Origin: Candidatus Aenigmatarchaeota archaeon
GTDB taxonomy: Archaea > Aenigmatarchaeota > Aenigmatarchaeia > GW2011-AR5 > JAGGXF01
Length of the DNA: 64,000 nucleotides
Assembly: GCA_021163205.1 (NCBI GenBank)
Contig: JAGGXF010000003.1
Span: forward strand, 1,200 to 65,199
Reading direction: 5' to 3'
In this document: positions 17,400 through 27,607 of the stretch, in pieces
How positions within the stretch are numbered: the first letter of the stretch is position 1
Layout of the letters: every line of letters begins with the position of its first letter
Notes under the pieces: model-generated
Databases searched by the model: none
The model's input: the letters and a program-made list of their open reading frames with translations, nothing else
What the model was told of the DNA's origin: nothing
Position numbers and translations under genes: made by a program

Positions 17400-19631
17400 T
17401 TGAGTGATTATCTCTTTTTTAAATTTTGTTTTCAAGTTATTTCTATGCTTGTTAGAAAAGCCCGCCTACCAAATGAAATTACCGAGATATTCGAAAGCAG
17501 AGGAATAAAAAAATTTAACGAACCACAACAAATGGCGATAGAGTCTGGTATTCTCGAGGGAGAAAATATTGTTGTTGCGTCTCCAACAGCTTCTGGAAAA
17601 ACCATTATTGCAGAACTTGCATTCGTAAAAAAATTTCTGGAAAAAAGTGGAAAAACGGTCTATGTTGTTCCCCTAAAAGCGCTGGCAATGGAAAAATACG
17701 ATGAATTTAAAGTATATGAAAAAATAGGAATGCGTATTGCCGTCTCCATTGGAGACTATGATTCATCTGACGAGTGGCTGGAAAAATATGACCTTATAAT
17801 ATGTACATCCGAAAAGCTTGATTCGATTTTGCGCCACAACCCAACCTGGACTAGAGACATAGCGCTAATAATAATAGATGAAATCCATCTTTTATCTGAT
17901 ATGAGTAGAGGACCGACACTAGAGGTCGTGATTACAAGGCTAAGAAATCAGACAAGAAGTCAAATCTTGGCACTGTCCGCCACAATATCTAACGCAGAGG
18001 AAATCTCACAATGGCTCAATGCAAAGCTTGTGAAAAGCAATTATAGACCAATAAAACTTGAGAAAGGGATCTTTTTCAAAAACAAAATAGATTTTGGCCA
18101 TAAAACCATTGAAATAAATGACACCGAGGCAAAACCAAAAGATGATTTAATTCTTCTTGTTCAGGACACCATAAAAAGGAAGAAGCAATCGCTTATTTTT
18201 TTATCATCGAGGAGAGCAGCAGAATCTGCCGCAGAAAAACTTGGGAACGAAATAGGAAAAATGATAAAAAACAAAAAGGAGCTTGAAAAAATTTCAAGAA
18301 AAATATTGAACGTTCTCACGCACCCGACCAAGCAATGTAAACGGCTTGCGCGATGTGTAAAAAATGGGATAGCATTCCATCATGCCGGGCTTGCGGCTAT
18401 GCAGAGAAAGATTATAGAAGACTATTTCAGAAAAGGTCTGATAAAGATTATAACAGCTACGCCAACTCTAGCCATGGGTGTGAATCTTCCGGCGTGGCGC
18501 GTAATAATAAGAGATGTGAAGCGATACAGCGGCTCTTTTGGTTATTCATTTATATCTACCCTTGAAATACAACAAATGTGTGGAAGAGCGGGCCGGCCAA
18601 AATATGACAAAGAAGGACAGGCGATATTAATAGCGAAAAACGAGGACGGAATAGAAAAGCTCAGGCAAAGATATATTATTAGCGAAGCGGAGCCTGTGTT
18701 GTCAAAACTTTCTGTTGAGCCCACATTGAGAATGCACATTCTTGCCCTGATAGCGGATCACACGTGCTCATCAGATAGTGAACTGTTCAATTTTTTTGAC
18801 AAAACCTTTTTCGGTTATCAATATGGTTCTAAAAGTGAGATTAAGAGAAAGATAGATGAAATAATATACCAGTTAAGAGACTTTGGGTTTGTAGAATTTT
18901 CTGACAGGTCAGAAAAATCATTCATAAAGAGTAGTTTTATTCCTGCTTTCAACATCTCCACAGAGAAAAGGCTCAGTCCGACCAGGATTGGTAAACGGGT
19001 AGCACAGCTATACATAGACCCTATAACAGCAAAAAACATAATAGACAGAACCAAAAGAATAAAAAAAGACCTAGGAGATTTTGCACTTGTTGATATTATA
19101 TCTGATTCTGTTGAAATGTATCCACCACTAAATGTTAAGACAAAAGAATATGAAGATATAGAATCGCTCATCTCAAAAAAAGAATTGTACAGAGAACTGC
19201 CAGAACTGTGGGACATTGAATATCAACAATTTTTAGAATCGTTCAAGCTCTCTCTACTTCTCGGTGATTGGATGAACGAGATGGGAGAAGATAAAATATT
19301 GGAAAAATATGGCATACCCCCAGGCATACTCTATCAAAAGTTAAGAAATGCGGAATGGCTGCTATATGCAGCACAGGAGCTCGCAAAAGTTATGAAAAAT
19401 CGGAAAGCGGCCTCATTGCTGAATAGGGCAAGAATGAGAATAAGATATGGTGTCAGGTCTGAGCTATTTCCGCTTATAAGAATAAAGAACATAGGGCGCG
19501 TAAGAGCAAGACTGCTCTTTGACGCTGGCGTAAAGACCGTGGCAGATATCAAGAAAGCACCGAAACAAAAACTAATAAAAATTCTGGGCAATAAGTTAAC
19601 TGATAAAATACTTGAAGAAGTTAAATCTTAG
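17400..19631 (+). CDS. hel308: Hel308/Hjm-type Ski2-like DNA helicase (likely start at M 17445)
   Basis: 743 aa. Walker A VASPTASGKT and DEIH box. C-terminal domains are typical of Hel308. Confidence 0.8.
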   Translation: MSDYLFFKFCFQVISMLVRKARLPNEITEIFESRGIKKFNEPQQMAIESGILEGENIVVASPTASGKTIIAELAFVKKFLEKSGKTVYVVPLKALAMEKYDEFKVYEKIGMRIAVSIGDYDSSDEWLEKYDLIICTSEKLDSILRHNPTWTRDIALIIIDEIHLLSDMSRGPTLEVVITRLRNQTRSQILALSATISNAEEISQWLNAKLVKSNYRPIKLEKGIFFKNKIDFGHKTIEINDTEAKPKDDLILLVQDTIKRKKQSLIFLSSRRAAESAAEKLGNEIGKMIKNKKELEKISRKILNVLTHPTKQCKRLARCVKNGIAFHHAGLAAMQRKIIEDYFRKGLIKIITATPTLAMGVNLPAWRVIIRDVKRYSGSFGYSFISTLEIQQMCGRAGRPKYDKEGQAILIAKNEDGIEKLRQRYIISEAEPVLSKLSVEPTLRMHILALIADHTCSSDSELFNFFDKTFFGYQYGSKSEIKRKIDEIIYQLRDFGFVEFSDRSEKSFIKSSFIPAFNISTEKRLSPTRIGKRVAQLYIDPITAKNIIDRTKRIKKDLGDFALVDIISDSVEMYPPLNVKTKEYEDIESLISKKELYRELPELWDIEYQQFLESFKLSLLLGDWMNEMGEDKILEKYGIPPGILYQKLRNAEWLLYAAQELAKVMKNRKAASLLNRARMRIRYGVRSELFPLIRIKNIGRVRARLLFDAGVKTVADIKKAPKQKLIKILGNKLTDKILEEVKS

Positions 19632-19632
19632 C

Positions 19633-19726
19633 GGGTCTGTAGTCTAGCTAATGCGCAAGCATCTAGAATGGTCTAGGATCGGGCCTTCGGGAGGCTCAGA
19701 CAGGAGTTCAAATCTCCTCAGACCCA
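19633..19726 (+). tRNA. tRNA-Pro(CGG) with putative 20-nt non-canonical intron in the D-loop (19649-19668)
   Basis: Acceptor GGGTCTG/CAGACCC. T-arm AGGAG-TTCAAAT-CTCCT. Anticodon stem-loop GGGCC-TTCGGGA-GGCTC (anticodon CGG, U33, G37). The D-region is 20 nt too long: AGC[TAATGCGCAAGCATCTAGAA]TGGTCTA. Confidence 0.7.
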
Positions 19727-19727
19727 T

Positions 19728-20381
19728 ATGTTAAAGGCGGTCATATTTGATATGGATGGTGTTATTGTAGACAGCGAAGACTACCACGCATCCACAGAAC
19801 AAGAAGTGCTCAGAAATATTGGGATTAATGTCTGTGTAGAAGAGCTGAAAATGGATCTCGGAAAATCAGAAAAGGATTTCTTTAGGAGTGTACTAACTAG
19901 ACATAGAAAGACGGAAAACATTGAGGAAACAATTAGAAAACTCATAAAAGAAAAACACAAGACTTACCTAAAATTATTAAAAAACGCGAAACCCGTTCCC
20001 GGTGCCATCGAACTTGTAGAAAAACTCAGAGCTGCGGGAGTTAAAACGGCAATTGCCACAAGTTCAATAAGAAAGATGTTAGAAATAGTAATAGAAAACT
20101 TCAACCTTGAAAAATACCTTGATGCAGCAGTATGTATAGACGATGTGAAAAAAGGCAAGCCAGAACCTGATTTGTTTTTGGAGGCCGCCAAACGGATTTC
20201 AGTACAACCAAATGAATGCGTAGTTATAGAAGATGCGGCCAATGGTATAGAGGCAGCTAAGCGTGCTGGAATGAAAGCCATTGGATTTATGAGTAAGAGC
20301 AAACAAGATTTCTCAAAAGCAGACCTCGTGGTTAATGATTTGAGAGAGATAACCATAGAAAAAATTAGTAGATTATTTTAA
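19728..20381 (+). CDS. HAD-superfamily hydrolase (beta-phosphoglucomutase/phosphatase-like)
   Basis: 217 aa. Motif I at the N-terminus VIFDMDGVIVDS. Also carries motif III and motif IV (EDAANGIEAAKRAG). Confidence 0.8.
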   Translation: MLKAVIFDMDGVIVDSEDYHASTEQEVLRNIGINVCVEELKMDLGKSEKDFFRSVLTRHRKTENIEETIRKLIKEKHKTYLKLLKNAKPVPGAIELVEKLRAAGVKTAIATSSIRKMLEIVIENFNLEKYLDAAVCIDDVKKGKPEPDLFLEAAKRISVQPNECVVIEDAANGIEAAKRAGMKAIGFMSKSKQDFSKADLVVNDLREITIEKISRLF

Positions 20382-20814
20382 TGATAATCTCTCGGCCCTC
20401 TTGAATTTTCTTGACCAGGTTCCTTTTCAAATCTTTTGCCGCCTTATCTGCGCCCACTGCTAAGGTCCGGTTGTCTATGAAATTGCTCTTTCGTACAACA
20501 ATCTCTCTCTTACTCTCGAGTGTCAGGTCTTCATGACCATAAGCGCTTATTACATCGCTTATACCATCGCATTCTATTTTCACGGAGATCGCTCCGCCTT
20601 CGCGCAAATGTTTTTTTAATCTTTCTGGCAACTCATTGCACGCCTTGCTGGCGGAAACAGCAACAATACAATCTCCTCTCTTCGTGACACTATCCTCCTT
20701 CGTAAACTCTATCGTGGTTTTGTGTGTTGAACGAATGTTTTCGTGCCCTCTTGCCTGAATTATTTCGCAATCTTCCATAGAATCACGCATATTATTTTTA
20801 TTTCCGATTATCAT
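20365..20814 (-). CDS. conserved archaeal hypothetical protein (DUF371-like)
   Basis: 149 aa. Contains IIQARGHENIRSTHKTTIEFTKE, a pattern recalled from DUF371-family proteins. Assigned from memory only. Confidence 0.4.
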   Translation of the reverse strand: MIIGNKNNMRDSMEDCEIIQARGHENIRSTHKTTIEFTKEDSVTKRGDCIVAVSASKACNELPERLKKHLREGGAISVKIECDGISDVISAYGHEDLTLESKREIVVRKSNFIDNRTLAVGADKAAKDLKRNLVKKIQEGREIIIKIIY

Positions 20815-20841
20815 TAATTTTCTTTCTCGGTCTTTTGTTTT

Positions 20842-21615
20842 TCAGCCATTTTCTTTTTTTATCGGTATCTTTTTACTTACTTTTCTCGCAAACGTCAAAA
20901 ATCCCGTGTGTCCGAGCATGCGTGTCTTTGGCCGTGAAAAGTAGTCAGATTGCCACTCTCTCTCAATTACCTCTTTGGTTGTTATGTGCGCAAATCCGAC
21001 CGTTTGCATGACTTTTCTTGCACTAATAACTTGTTCTATGTAGGGTGAGTAGACAACCAACCAGCCGCCGGGCTTGAGCGCCTTGAACATCTTTTCTATG
21101 TATTGATCAACATTTCTAATATCCAATGTAATAAGATCAAGGCCCTTCTCATTCATCTTCTCTACTGGTTTGTTTTTTATCTTAACTATCTTTTCAAGAC
21201 CGCATTTTTTCACGTTCTGCTTGGCAACCTCTGCAAACTTTTTATTACTTTCATAGCTAACAACTTTGCCTCGTGGGCCGACAACATTACCTATCATCAG
21301 GGCAAGAAATGCAGAACCAGCACCAGCATCTACGCACTTCCATCCCGGTCGTATGCCTACATGAGCAACTATAGCAGCAGCGTCCTTTGCCGTGACAACC
21401 TGCGGCATCCTCTTCAGCTTTTTCATCATGTCTGATAGTGTTGGTTTAACTACCAAAAACAAAACGCCCTTATGCGTTCGAATGCTCTGCCCATATTTTT
21501 TGATCTTAGTTAGATTTATTACACCGAACTCTGTATGTAACTTGCCGTGCGACTTCTGAACAAGATAAGTGCGCTTCTCACTTAGGAGCAAAACAAAATC
21601 GTCTTTTCTAAGCAT
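20842..21615 (-). CDS. trmI: tRNA (adenine57/58-N1)-methyltransferase TrmI
   Basis: 257 aa. N-terminal MLRKDDFVLLLSEKRTYLV...HTEFGVI. SAM-binding motif VDAGAGSAFLAL. Confidence 0.8.
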   Translation of the reverse strand: MLRKDDFVLLLSEKRTYLVQKSHGKLHTEFGVINLTKIKKYGQSIRTHKGVLFLVVKPTLSDMMKKLKRMPQVVTAKDAAAIVAHVGIRPGWKCVDAGAGSAFLALMIGNVVGPRGKVVSYESNKKFAEVAKQNVKKCGLEKIVKIKNKPVEKMNEKGLDLITLDIRNVDQYIEKMFKALKPGGWLVVYSPYIEQVISARKVMQTVGFAHITTKEVIEREWQSDYFSRPKTRMLGHTGFLTFARKVSKKIPIKKENG

Positions 21616-21693
21616 AATAAGTTAATGAAGAAAGAATATTTATATTGATAATGTGATTGACTTTTTACTTACTGATTCACGTTATACTAACCC

Positions 21694-21915
21694 CTATTTC
21701 ATAAAGAAAAAGAGGGCAGCTACCGCAGCAATAAGAACTAGTATCCACTTAAACATCTTCGGGTCGTCTGCCCACCCAAAAGGTATTGGACCTATGAACC
21801 CACCAACAGCAATCTTCGTTTCATATTTCTCTGTGCCGGAAAGCGACGAAAAAATAACTATCAGAATACCAATAAGAATCAAAGCAAGACCAACTACAAG
21901 AAGATTTACTTTCAT
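21694..21915 (-). CDS. small two-TM membrane protein, unknown function
   Basis: 73 aa with two hydrophobic helices flanking a GGFIGPIPFGW loop. Confidence 0.4.
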   Translation of the reverse strand: MKVNLLVVGLALILIGILIVIFSSLSGTEKYETKIAVGGFIGPIPFGWADDPKMFKWILVLIAAVAALFFFMK

Positions 21916-22003
21916 AAGCCCACCTCTCTCAAAGCCCTCGCCAAATTAATCAACAATATAAAAACTATTTTAACTTTCTCTTAATTTCATCAATACCTAA
22001 GAA

Positions 22004-22750
22004 TCATCGCCCGAATCTTCTCTTACGGCTTTCGAATTCCTTTAGCGCATCGTTGAAATCCTTCTTCGTGAATTCAGGCCATTTTTTGTCCAAAAAAATT
22101 AACTCTGAGTAGGCTGATTGATATATTAAAAAGTTGGACAAACGCTTTTCCCCACCTGTCCGGATTATCAGATCAGGCGGCGGCCAACCATTTGTGTACA
22201 GATTGTGTCTAAATAACTTTTCATCTATTTCGTGTGGTTTGATTATCCCATTAGCAAGTTTAACAGCCACTTTCCTGGCAGCGTCAACAATCTCCTGTTG
22301 ACCACCATAGGCGACGGCTATCTGTAAGAAATATTTTTTGTTCTTTTTGGTATACTCTTCCACTTTTTTCATCTTTTCTTGCAATGTTTTCGGCAGTAGC
22401 TTTGTCCGACCAATGAACCTTACACAGACGCTGAATTTATTAACTGGGTGGTTTTTATCTTTCAGCATGGCATCGCATTCTTCTCCTATTTGGTTAAGAA
22501 TGAAAACAAGCTCTTTTTTTGGGCGAGATTTTAGATTTTCCAGAGAAAGTGTGTAAGCAGTCATGTATTTAATCCCCGCCTCTATGCCCCAGCTCAGGAC
22601 CTCTCTTGCTTTTAGTCTTCCTTTTTTATGACCAAAACTTGGTCCACGCATAAGATAGCGGGCATAGCGCCGATTGCCATCCATTATAACTCCAACATGA
22701 ACTGGCTTAACCAACATTACACACCCACAATCATTCAAGATATTAATCAT
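22004..22750 (-). CDS. uppS: undecaprenyl/tritrans,polycis-polyprenyl diphosphate synthase (cis-IPPS, UppS)
   Basis: Contains HVGVIMDGNRRYA, the catalytic motif of cis-prenyltransferases. The C-terminus RTGGEKRLSNFLIYQSAYSEL is also conserved. The real start is possibly M at ~22720. Confidence 0.85.
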   Translation of the reverse strand: MINILNDCGCVMLVKPVHVGVIMDGNRRYARYLMRGPSFGHKKGRLKAREVLSWGIEAGIKYMTAYTLSLENLKSRPKKELVFILNQIGEECDAMLKDKNHPVNKFSVCVRFIGRTKLLPKTLQEKMKKVEEYTKKNKKYFLQIAVAYGGQQEIVDAARKVAVKLANGIIKPHEIDEKLFRHNLYTNGWPPPDLIIRTGGEKRLSNFLIYQSAYSELIFLDKKWPEFTKKDFNDALKEFESRKRRFGR

Positions 22751-22814
22751 GCTATATTTAAAACTATTAATTTAACCAAATTTAAAAATTTAAAAATGTA
22801 TCTTAGATATATGG

Positions 22815-23648
22815 GTGATTGAAAAAATGATAAATGGTATTACATTCATTATAGCTTTTATTGGTTCCCTACTTGCAGCGATAGAAGACCTTAAAACAAC
22901 GGAAATACCAGACGAAATCCCATTTATGATGAGCACTTTAGGCGTATTTTACTGGTATATCTACTCACTAAACATAGGTGGATTTCAGCCGTTGTTGCTC
23001 TCTCTTGCTACTGGGCTGGTTTTATTGGCATTTGGTTGGTTACTCTACTTGGGTGGCCAATGGGGAGGAGGAGACGCAAAAGTTTTAGCAGGCATAGGCT
23101 TCCTAATGCCTTTTTATTCATGGTTCACAACGGGAATGGTGTCTCTATATGTAACATTTGTAATTAATCTATTTTTAGTTGGTTCCGCTTATATGATATT
23201 TTACACGCTGGTCATAGGTTTCATCGACAAAAAGGTCTTTCCAGCGTTTGTAAAGTCCGTGAGGGGAGATATTAAAATAGTCTTTGGTATACCAATCATA
23301 TCTCTCATGGTTGTTGTATTAATACTCAACACCGTAGGATTCATAGAGCCAATCATACTCATGTCAACATTTCTTATATCTCTTTTCATAACACTTTTTT
23401 GGAAATATGCCAAAACCATTGAAGATGTGGCTTTCAAACGACGAATACCTGTTTCAAAACTCAGGGAGGGTGATGTGCTGTTTGAATCAAAGAAGTGGAT
23501 AGGGCTCACAAAAGAAGAGGTTCGAAAAATAAAGAAAACGAGAAAAAGTGTCGTTATCAAGGAGGGTGTTCGCTTTGCGCCGGCGTTCCCGCTGGCTTTA
23601 ATTATTACATATTATCTTGGGAATATATTATTATTCTTGGTGATATGA
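22815..23648 (+). CDS. A24-family prepilin/preflagellin peptidase-like membrane protein (second copy)
   Basis: 277 aa, polytopic. Contains GGQWGGGDAKVLAGIGF (GGGDxK motif). The C-terminal soluble segment is similar to that of the gene at 1647-2771. Confidence 0.6.
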   Translation: MIEKMINGITFIIAFIGSLLAAIEDLKTTEIPDEIPFMMSTLGVFYWYIYSLNIGGFQPLLLSLATGLVLLAFGWLLYLGGQWGGGDAKVLAGIGFLMPFYSWFTTGMVSLYVTFVINLFLVGSAYMIFYTLVIGFIDKKVFPAFVKSVRGDIKIVFGIPIISLMVVVLILNTVGFIEPIILMSTFLISLFITLFWKYAKTIEDVAFKRRIPVSKLREGDVLFESKKWIGLTKEEVRKIKKTRKSVVIKEGVRFAPAFPLALIITYYLGNILLFLVI

Positions 23649-24670
23649 TGACAATGCTACCATTCATAATAGATATTGAGAGAAATATGATCAAAAAAAC
23701 GAATGATATAATCAGACCTGCAAATCTCGGAAAGCGTTGTGTTATAATAACAGGCACAAATACAAAAAAAATCGCAGGACAAAAACTATACAACGAGTTA
23801 AAAAAAGAATATGAAACAGATATTGTAATAAGTGTCTCGAATGAAAAAAAAGAGCTCGGGTCCTTTGCCAAAAACTTGGAACCGTACGACTTTCTTCTTG
23901 GAGTTGGTGGCGGTAAAATAATGGATATAACAAAATATTCTGCTTATTTGACAGGAAAGCCGTGGATTTCTTTTCCGACTGTCCTTAGCCACGATGGCAT
24001 CGTATCCTCGAGAGCCTCTCTCAGTGATAATGGAACCAAAACATCGATAGAAGCAAAGGGACCTATAGCAATATTGGCTGACTATGATATTCTAAAAGAA
24101 GCTCCAATGCGCTGGATGATATCGGGAGTTGCTGACCTAATTTCCAATTACTCTGCTGTTGAGGACTGGCGTCTGGCGAGCAACGCTGGAAAGGAAAAAT
24201 ACGACGAGCTGTGTGCAGGACTTTCCCTCACTGCAGCGAACGCATGCGTCGCAGAGATGAAAAACATAATAAGAAAAAATTATGAAGGCGTGAAAACACT
24301 TCTCGAAGCACTAGTCCTTTCTGGATTTGCAATGAATCTATTTGGCTCTTCTCGCCCATCGTCTGGATCAGAGCATAACTTTGCGCACGCTTTGGAGATG
24401 ATGAACGCACCCGGCCTGCATGGAGAGCAATGCGGCCTCGGAACAATAATTTCGTCCTACCTGCAAAAAAAGAACTGGGTAAAAATAAGGGAATATCTCA
24501 AAAACTTTGGCGCGCCAACAAAAGCCTCAGAAATAGGCATAACGGACGAACAAGCCATTTCAGCCCTTGTTCAAGCACCGAAAATACGTTCAAGATATAC
24601 CATATTAAATCGATACGATATAGACAGAGAACTGGCTAGAGAGATTCTCGAAAAAGTCGGTGTTATATAA
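23645..24670 (+). CDS. egsA: glycerol-1-phosphate dehydrogenase [NAD(P)+] (EgsA)
   Basis: Start MMTMLPF overlaps the upstream stop (ATGA). Motifs GVGGGKIMDITKYSAY and VLSHDGIVSSRAS are typical of G1PDH in the DHQS-like superfamily. Confidence 0.8.
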   Translation: MMTMLPFIIDIERNMIKKTNDIIRPANLGKRCVIITGTNTKKIAGQKLYNELKKEYETDIVISVSNEKKELGSFAKNLEPYDFLLGVGGGKIMDITKYSAYLTGKPWISFPTVLSHDGIVSSRASLSDNGTKTSIEAKGPIAILADYDILKEAPMRWMISGVADLISNYSAVEDWRLASNAGKEKYDELCAGLSLTAANACVAEMKNIIRKNYEGVKTLLEALVLSGFAMNLFGSSRPSSGSEHNFAHALEMMNAPGLHGEQCGLGTIISSYLQKKNWVKIREYLKNFGAPTKASEIGITDEQAISALVQAPKIRSRYTILNRYDIDRELAREILEKVGVI

Positions 24671-24752
24671 AAATAAAAACTATACAGAAAAAAGTTACCA
24701 AATTCTAGCAGAAATGAGAGACCACCGAGATTTACTTCATAGCATCGATTGA

Positions 24753-25502
24753 TTAGTGTCTGAAATCCTTCACAGCTCTTATAATCGACTTCATCGTATT
24801 CTCCATGTCATCTGACTCGCATGCTGTGCCTGTCACAATTATATCTGCTCCGGCTTCTAAGCTCGCTGTAACCGCGTCTGCTGTTTTCATGCCACCACCA
24901 ACTATCAGTGGTATATCTATGGCACTCTTTACCGTTTTTATTATCTCGGGTGATATTGGCTCTTCTACCCCAGATCCCGCCTCCAGATAAACTAAAGACA
25001 TACCAAGATATTGTGCGGCCAACGCATAAGCAGCGACGAGTTTTGGCTTGCTCCTTGGCAACGGCTTTGCATCGCCAACAAAGGAGACGGTTCCACCGGG
25101 TTCTATTACCAGATAGCCCATTGATATGGGCTCAATACCAAAACGCTTAACAAGGGGCGCGCCCAGAACTTGCGCTCCAACTATCCAGTATGGGTTTCTA
25201 GAGTTTAACAAAGACATGAAAAATATTGCATCAGCCTGTCGGCTTATCCCGCTGGTATTGCCAGGAAAAAGTATGACCGGCAATGAACAATTTTCTTTAA
25301 CCGTACCAACAACATCATCTAGAATGCTCGAAACTATGTTAGTCGAACCGCCAATCATTATCGCATCTGTGCCAAGCTTTTCTAGTATGCGAATCTTTGA
25401 CGCTACGTCATTTATGTCTTGTTTAAGTGGGTCTGGGTCTATTAAAGAAAAGTGCAGCCGACCTTTTTCAAGTTTTTTTCGTATATAATCGAAAACCTTC
25501 AT
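24753..25502 (-). CDS. geranylgeranylglyceryl phosphate synthase (GGGPS)
   Basis: 249 aa. MKVFDYIRKKLEKGRLHFSLIDPDP and AIMIGGS, with GGG near the C-terminus. PcrB/GGGPS family. Confidence 0.85.
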   Translation of the reverse strand: MKVFDYIRKKLEKGRLHFSLIDPDPLKQDINDVASKIRILEKLGTDAIMIGGSTNIVSSILDDVVGTVKENCSLPVILFPGNTSGISRQADAIFFMSLLNSRNPYWIVGAQVLGAPLVKRFGIEPISMGYLVIEPGGTVSFVGDAKPLPRSKPKLVAAYALAAQYLGMSLVYLEAGSGVEEPISPEIIKTVKSAIDIPLIVGGGMKTADAVTASLEAGADIIVTGTACESDDMENTMKSIIRAVKDFRH

Positions 25503-25543
25503 AAAATCACTAGAGAATATTGATAGAGTATTTTTTTAAAGAT

Positions 25544-27601
25544 TTATTCTATCACAAATGCACCAGATCCTGAGGCTACTCGCATTTCTATGTCAGATAA
25601 CCTCTGTTCAAGTCGCCTTATCCTATCCTCTATGTTATGCGTTGATACTTTGGTCGGGGCTGGTGATGACACACTTAGCGGTATTGCTTTCATTCTCATG
25701 AGCTCATCTTTTGTGACAAGCTCAGGCAATTTCCTATCCAGCGTTTCGGCGAACTTCTCAAGGTTTTTGGTAACTAGCGATACAATCCGATCATCTAAAT
25801 CTTTCTTAATTTTTTCTTCCAAGTCTGTCTCTGGCGACTTTTCAGACAGCCGGGCCTTTATCTCTTCTATATCGCGCATCGCAGAATCAAACCTTCTAAT
25901 CTTGTTCTCCACGCCAGAACTCATAGTTTCTATCTTTCTGACTATATCGCTTGCCTGGTCAATCTTCGATTGTATTTTTTCAGCATCAATTGTCATCTGG
26001 TTCAGGGAATCTATTTTTGTATACACCGCATCCTTCAAAGCATTCATATTGTCTATATAAGCCATGAACTTTTCCTCATTTACTTTGGACCTGTTTTCCA
26101 TCTCCTGTTGTAACTCAGAAATTCTTCTCAATCCTTCATCTAGAGCCTTCGACTTTTCTTCCACCATAGAACGGAATGCCTCTATTGATGCAACCTTCTT
26201 GTCAAAATCGTTTTTAATCTGCCTAATACGAGACTCTATAGCACTCAGCTGGTCAACCTTGCTTCTGACGTGGTCAGCAAGTCGCTCAGCTGTTTGCAGC
26301 CTTTTATCCATCGCTTCAAGCCTCTCATTCATAGCATCGTTTATGGCTTTCATGTTGTCAATATTATTTTTCATTTTATCTTCGAATATCTTTCTCGTAG
26401 CATCGATATCAGCACTTATCTTTTCTACCTCAGCCAGTTTTTCATCTGTTTTCGAGAATTTTTCTTCTATGTTTCTATCGAGAGAATCAAGCCTTTGAAT
26501 ATCGTTTCTAACTTTTTCCTCGATTGTGTTCATTTTAGTAATAGCGGCTTCCACTTTTTGTAGGACTGCGTCAGCAGTTTCAGCCTTATCTTTTATCTTT
26601 CCAAGTGCCAATATAAGCTGGTTTATCATTTCCCTGCTTCGATTAAGCTCTTCCTGATCCTTTTTCATTTCAGCCCGAGCAGAGCGTATCTTTTCAAGAA
26701 ACATATCCATACCTTTTTGGGTAAGCATTTTTCCCGAGTTCTCCACCAACTCTTCGATCTTATCAATCTTGGAGCGAATCTCAGCCAGATTTTGCTCCAT
26801 ATTTTTCTCTATTTTTTCGACGTGATTTGCTTGAAGAAGTATTTCTTTTTTGAACTCTGTTTGTAACTCATCCTTCAGATTATCAATATCTTTTTTCAGT
26901 TCTTCTATATGGCTCCCAAAAGAATTTGCTGATCGACATGTACTTTTCAGATTCTCGATGTCTGAAGAGAGACTCTTGATTTGTTCATCTATATCCTTAG
27001 TCTTCTCGTTGTAACTTTGCTTAATGGCATCGATGTCTTTTCTTAGACCTTCAATAATGCCAGATTCTACGCCAGACGGCTCTTCTATAATAGCGTGCTT
27101 AAGAGCTTCTATTTTTGATTCTAGCGCCTTTATACGGTCTTCATCTATACCAGACCCGCGAAGATGTTTTATTCTTTCTTCTATTTTCTGCATAATGCCT
27201 TCGCCCGGAACACCTGCTCCTATTTTCTCTAGTCTCTCTTCTAAAGAGGCGACCTTTTTTTGTAGGTCCTTCATTGTTTTTTCCTGTGTTATATCGAGCT
27301 TCTCTCCTCGCTCCAAAAGAAATTCTTTTAATTTGACCATTTCTGCCTCAAGCAACATCTGTAAGTCTTCTATCTCCAATATTCTCTCGTTCAGCTCCTC
27401 AATACCAGAAGGTGAACTTGGTCCTGGGCCAGAAACAATCTCTACGTTCTCAGAATTTGGCTCTTCTGTTTCTGATTCAGTTTCTTCTTTACTCATATTT
27501 CCCCTATCTTTACCCACTTCACTAGGCGTGTCTGTTTCTGAAATACTAGAATGGGACTCGCCAACATTTTTTACGTCTTTTTCTTCTTGCATAGATACCA
27601 A
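25544..27601 (-). CDS. 685-aa coiled-coil protein (acidic N-terminus, ~550 aa continuous heptad-repeat region)
   Basis: Extremely E/K/L/I-rich with periodic hydrophobics throughout. No Walker motifs. Antisense ORFs on the + strand (25590-26498, 27024-27611) are low-complexity artifacts. Confidence 0.6.
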   Translation of the reverse strand: MVSMQEEKDVKNVGESHSSISETDTPSEVGKDRGNMSKEETESETEEPNSENVEIVSGPGPSSPSGIEELNERILEIEDLQMLLEAEMVKLKEFLLERGEKLDITQEKTMKDLQKKVASLEERLEKIGAGVPGEGIMQKIEERIKHLRGSGIDEDRIKALESKIEALKHAIIEEPSGVESGIIEGLRKDIDAIKQSYNEKTKDIDEQIKSLSSDIENLKSTCRSANSFGSHIEELKKDIDNLKDELQTEFKKEILLQANHVEKIEKNMEQNLAEIRSKIDKIEELVENSGKMLTQKGMDMFLEKIRSARAEMKKDQEELNRSREMINQLILALGKIKDKAETADAVLQKVEAAITKMNTIEEKVRNDIQRLDSLDRNIEEKFSKTDEKLAEVEKISADIDATRKIFEDKMKNNIDNMKAINDAMNERLEAMDKRLQTAERLADHVRSKVDQLSAIESRIRQIKNDFDKKVASIEAFRSMVEEKSKALDEGLRRISELQQEMENRSKVNEEKFMAYIDNMNALKDAVYTKIDSLNQMTIDAEKIQSKIDQASDIVRKIETMSSGVENKIRRFDSAMRDIEEIKARLSEKSPETDLEEKIKKDLDDRIVSLVTKNLEKFAETLDRKLPELVTKDELMRMKAIPLSVSSPAPTKVSTHNIEDRIRRLEQRLSDIEMRVASGSGAFVIE

Positions 27602-27607
27602 CTTTGG

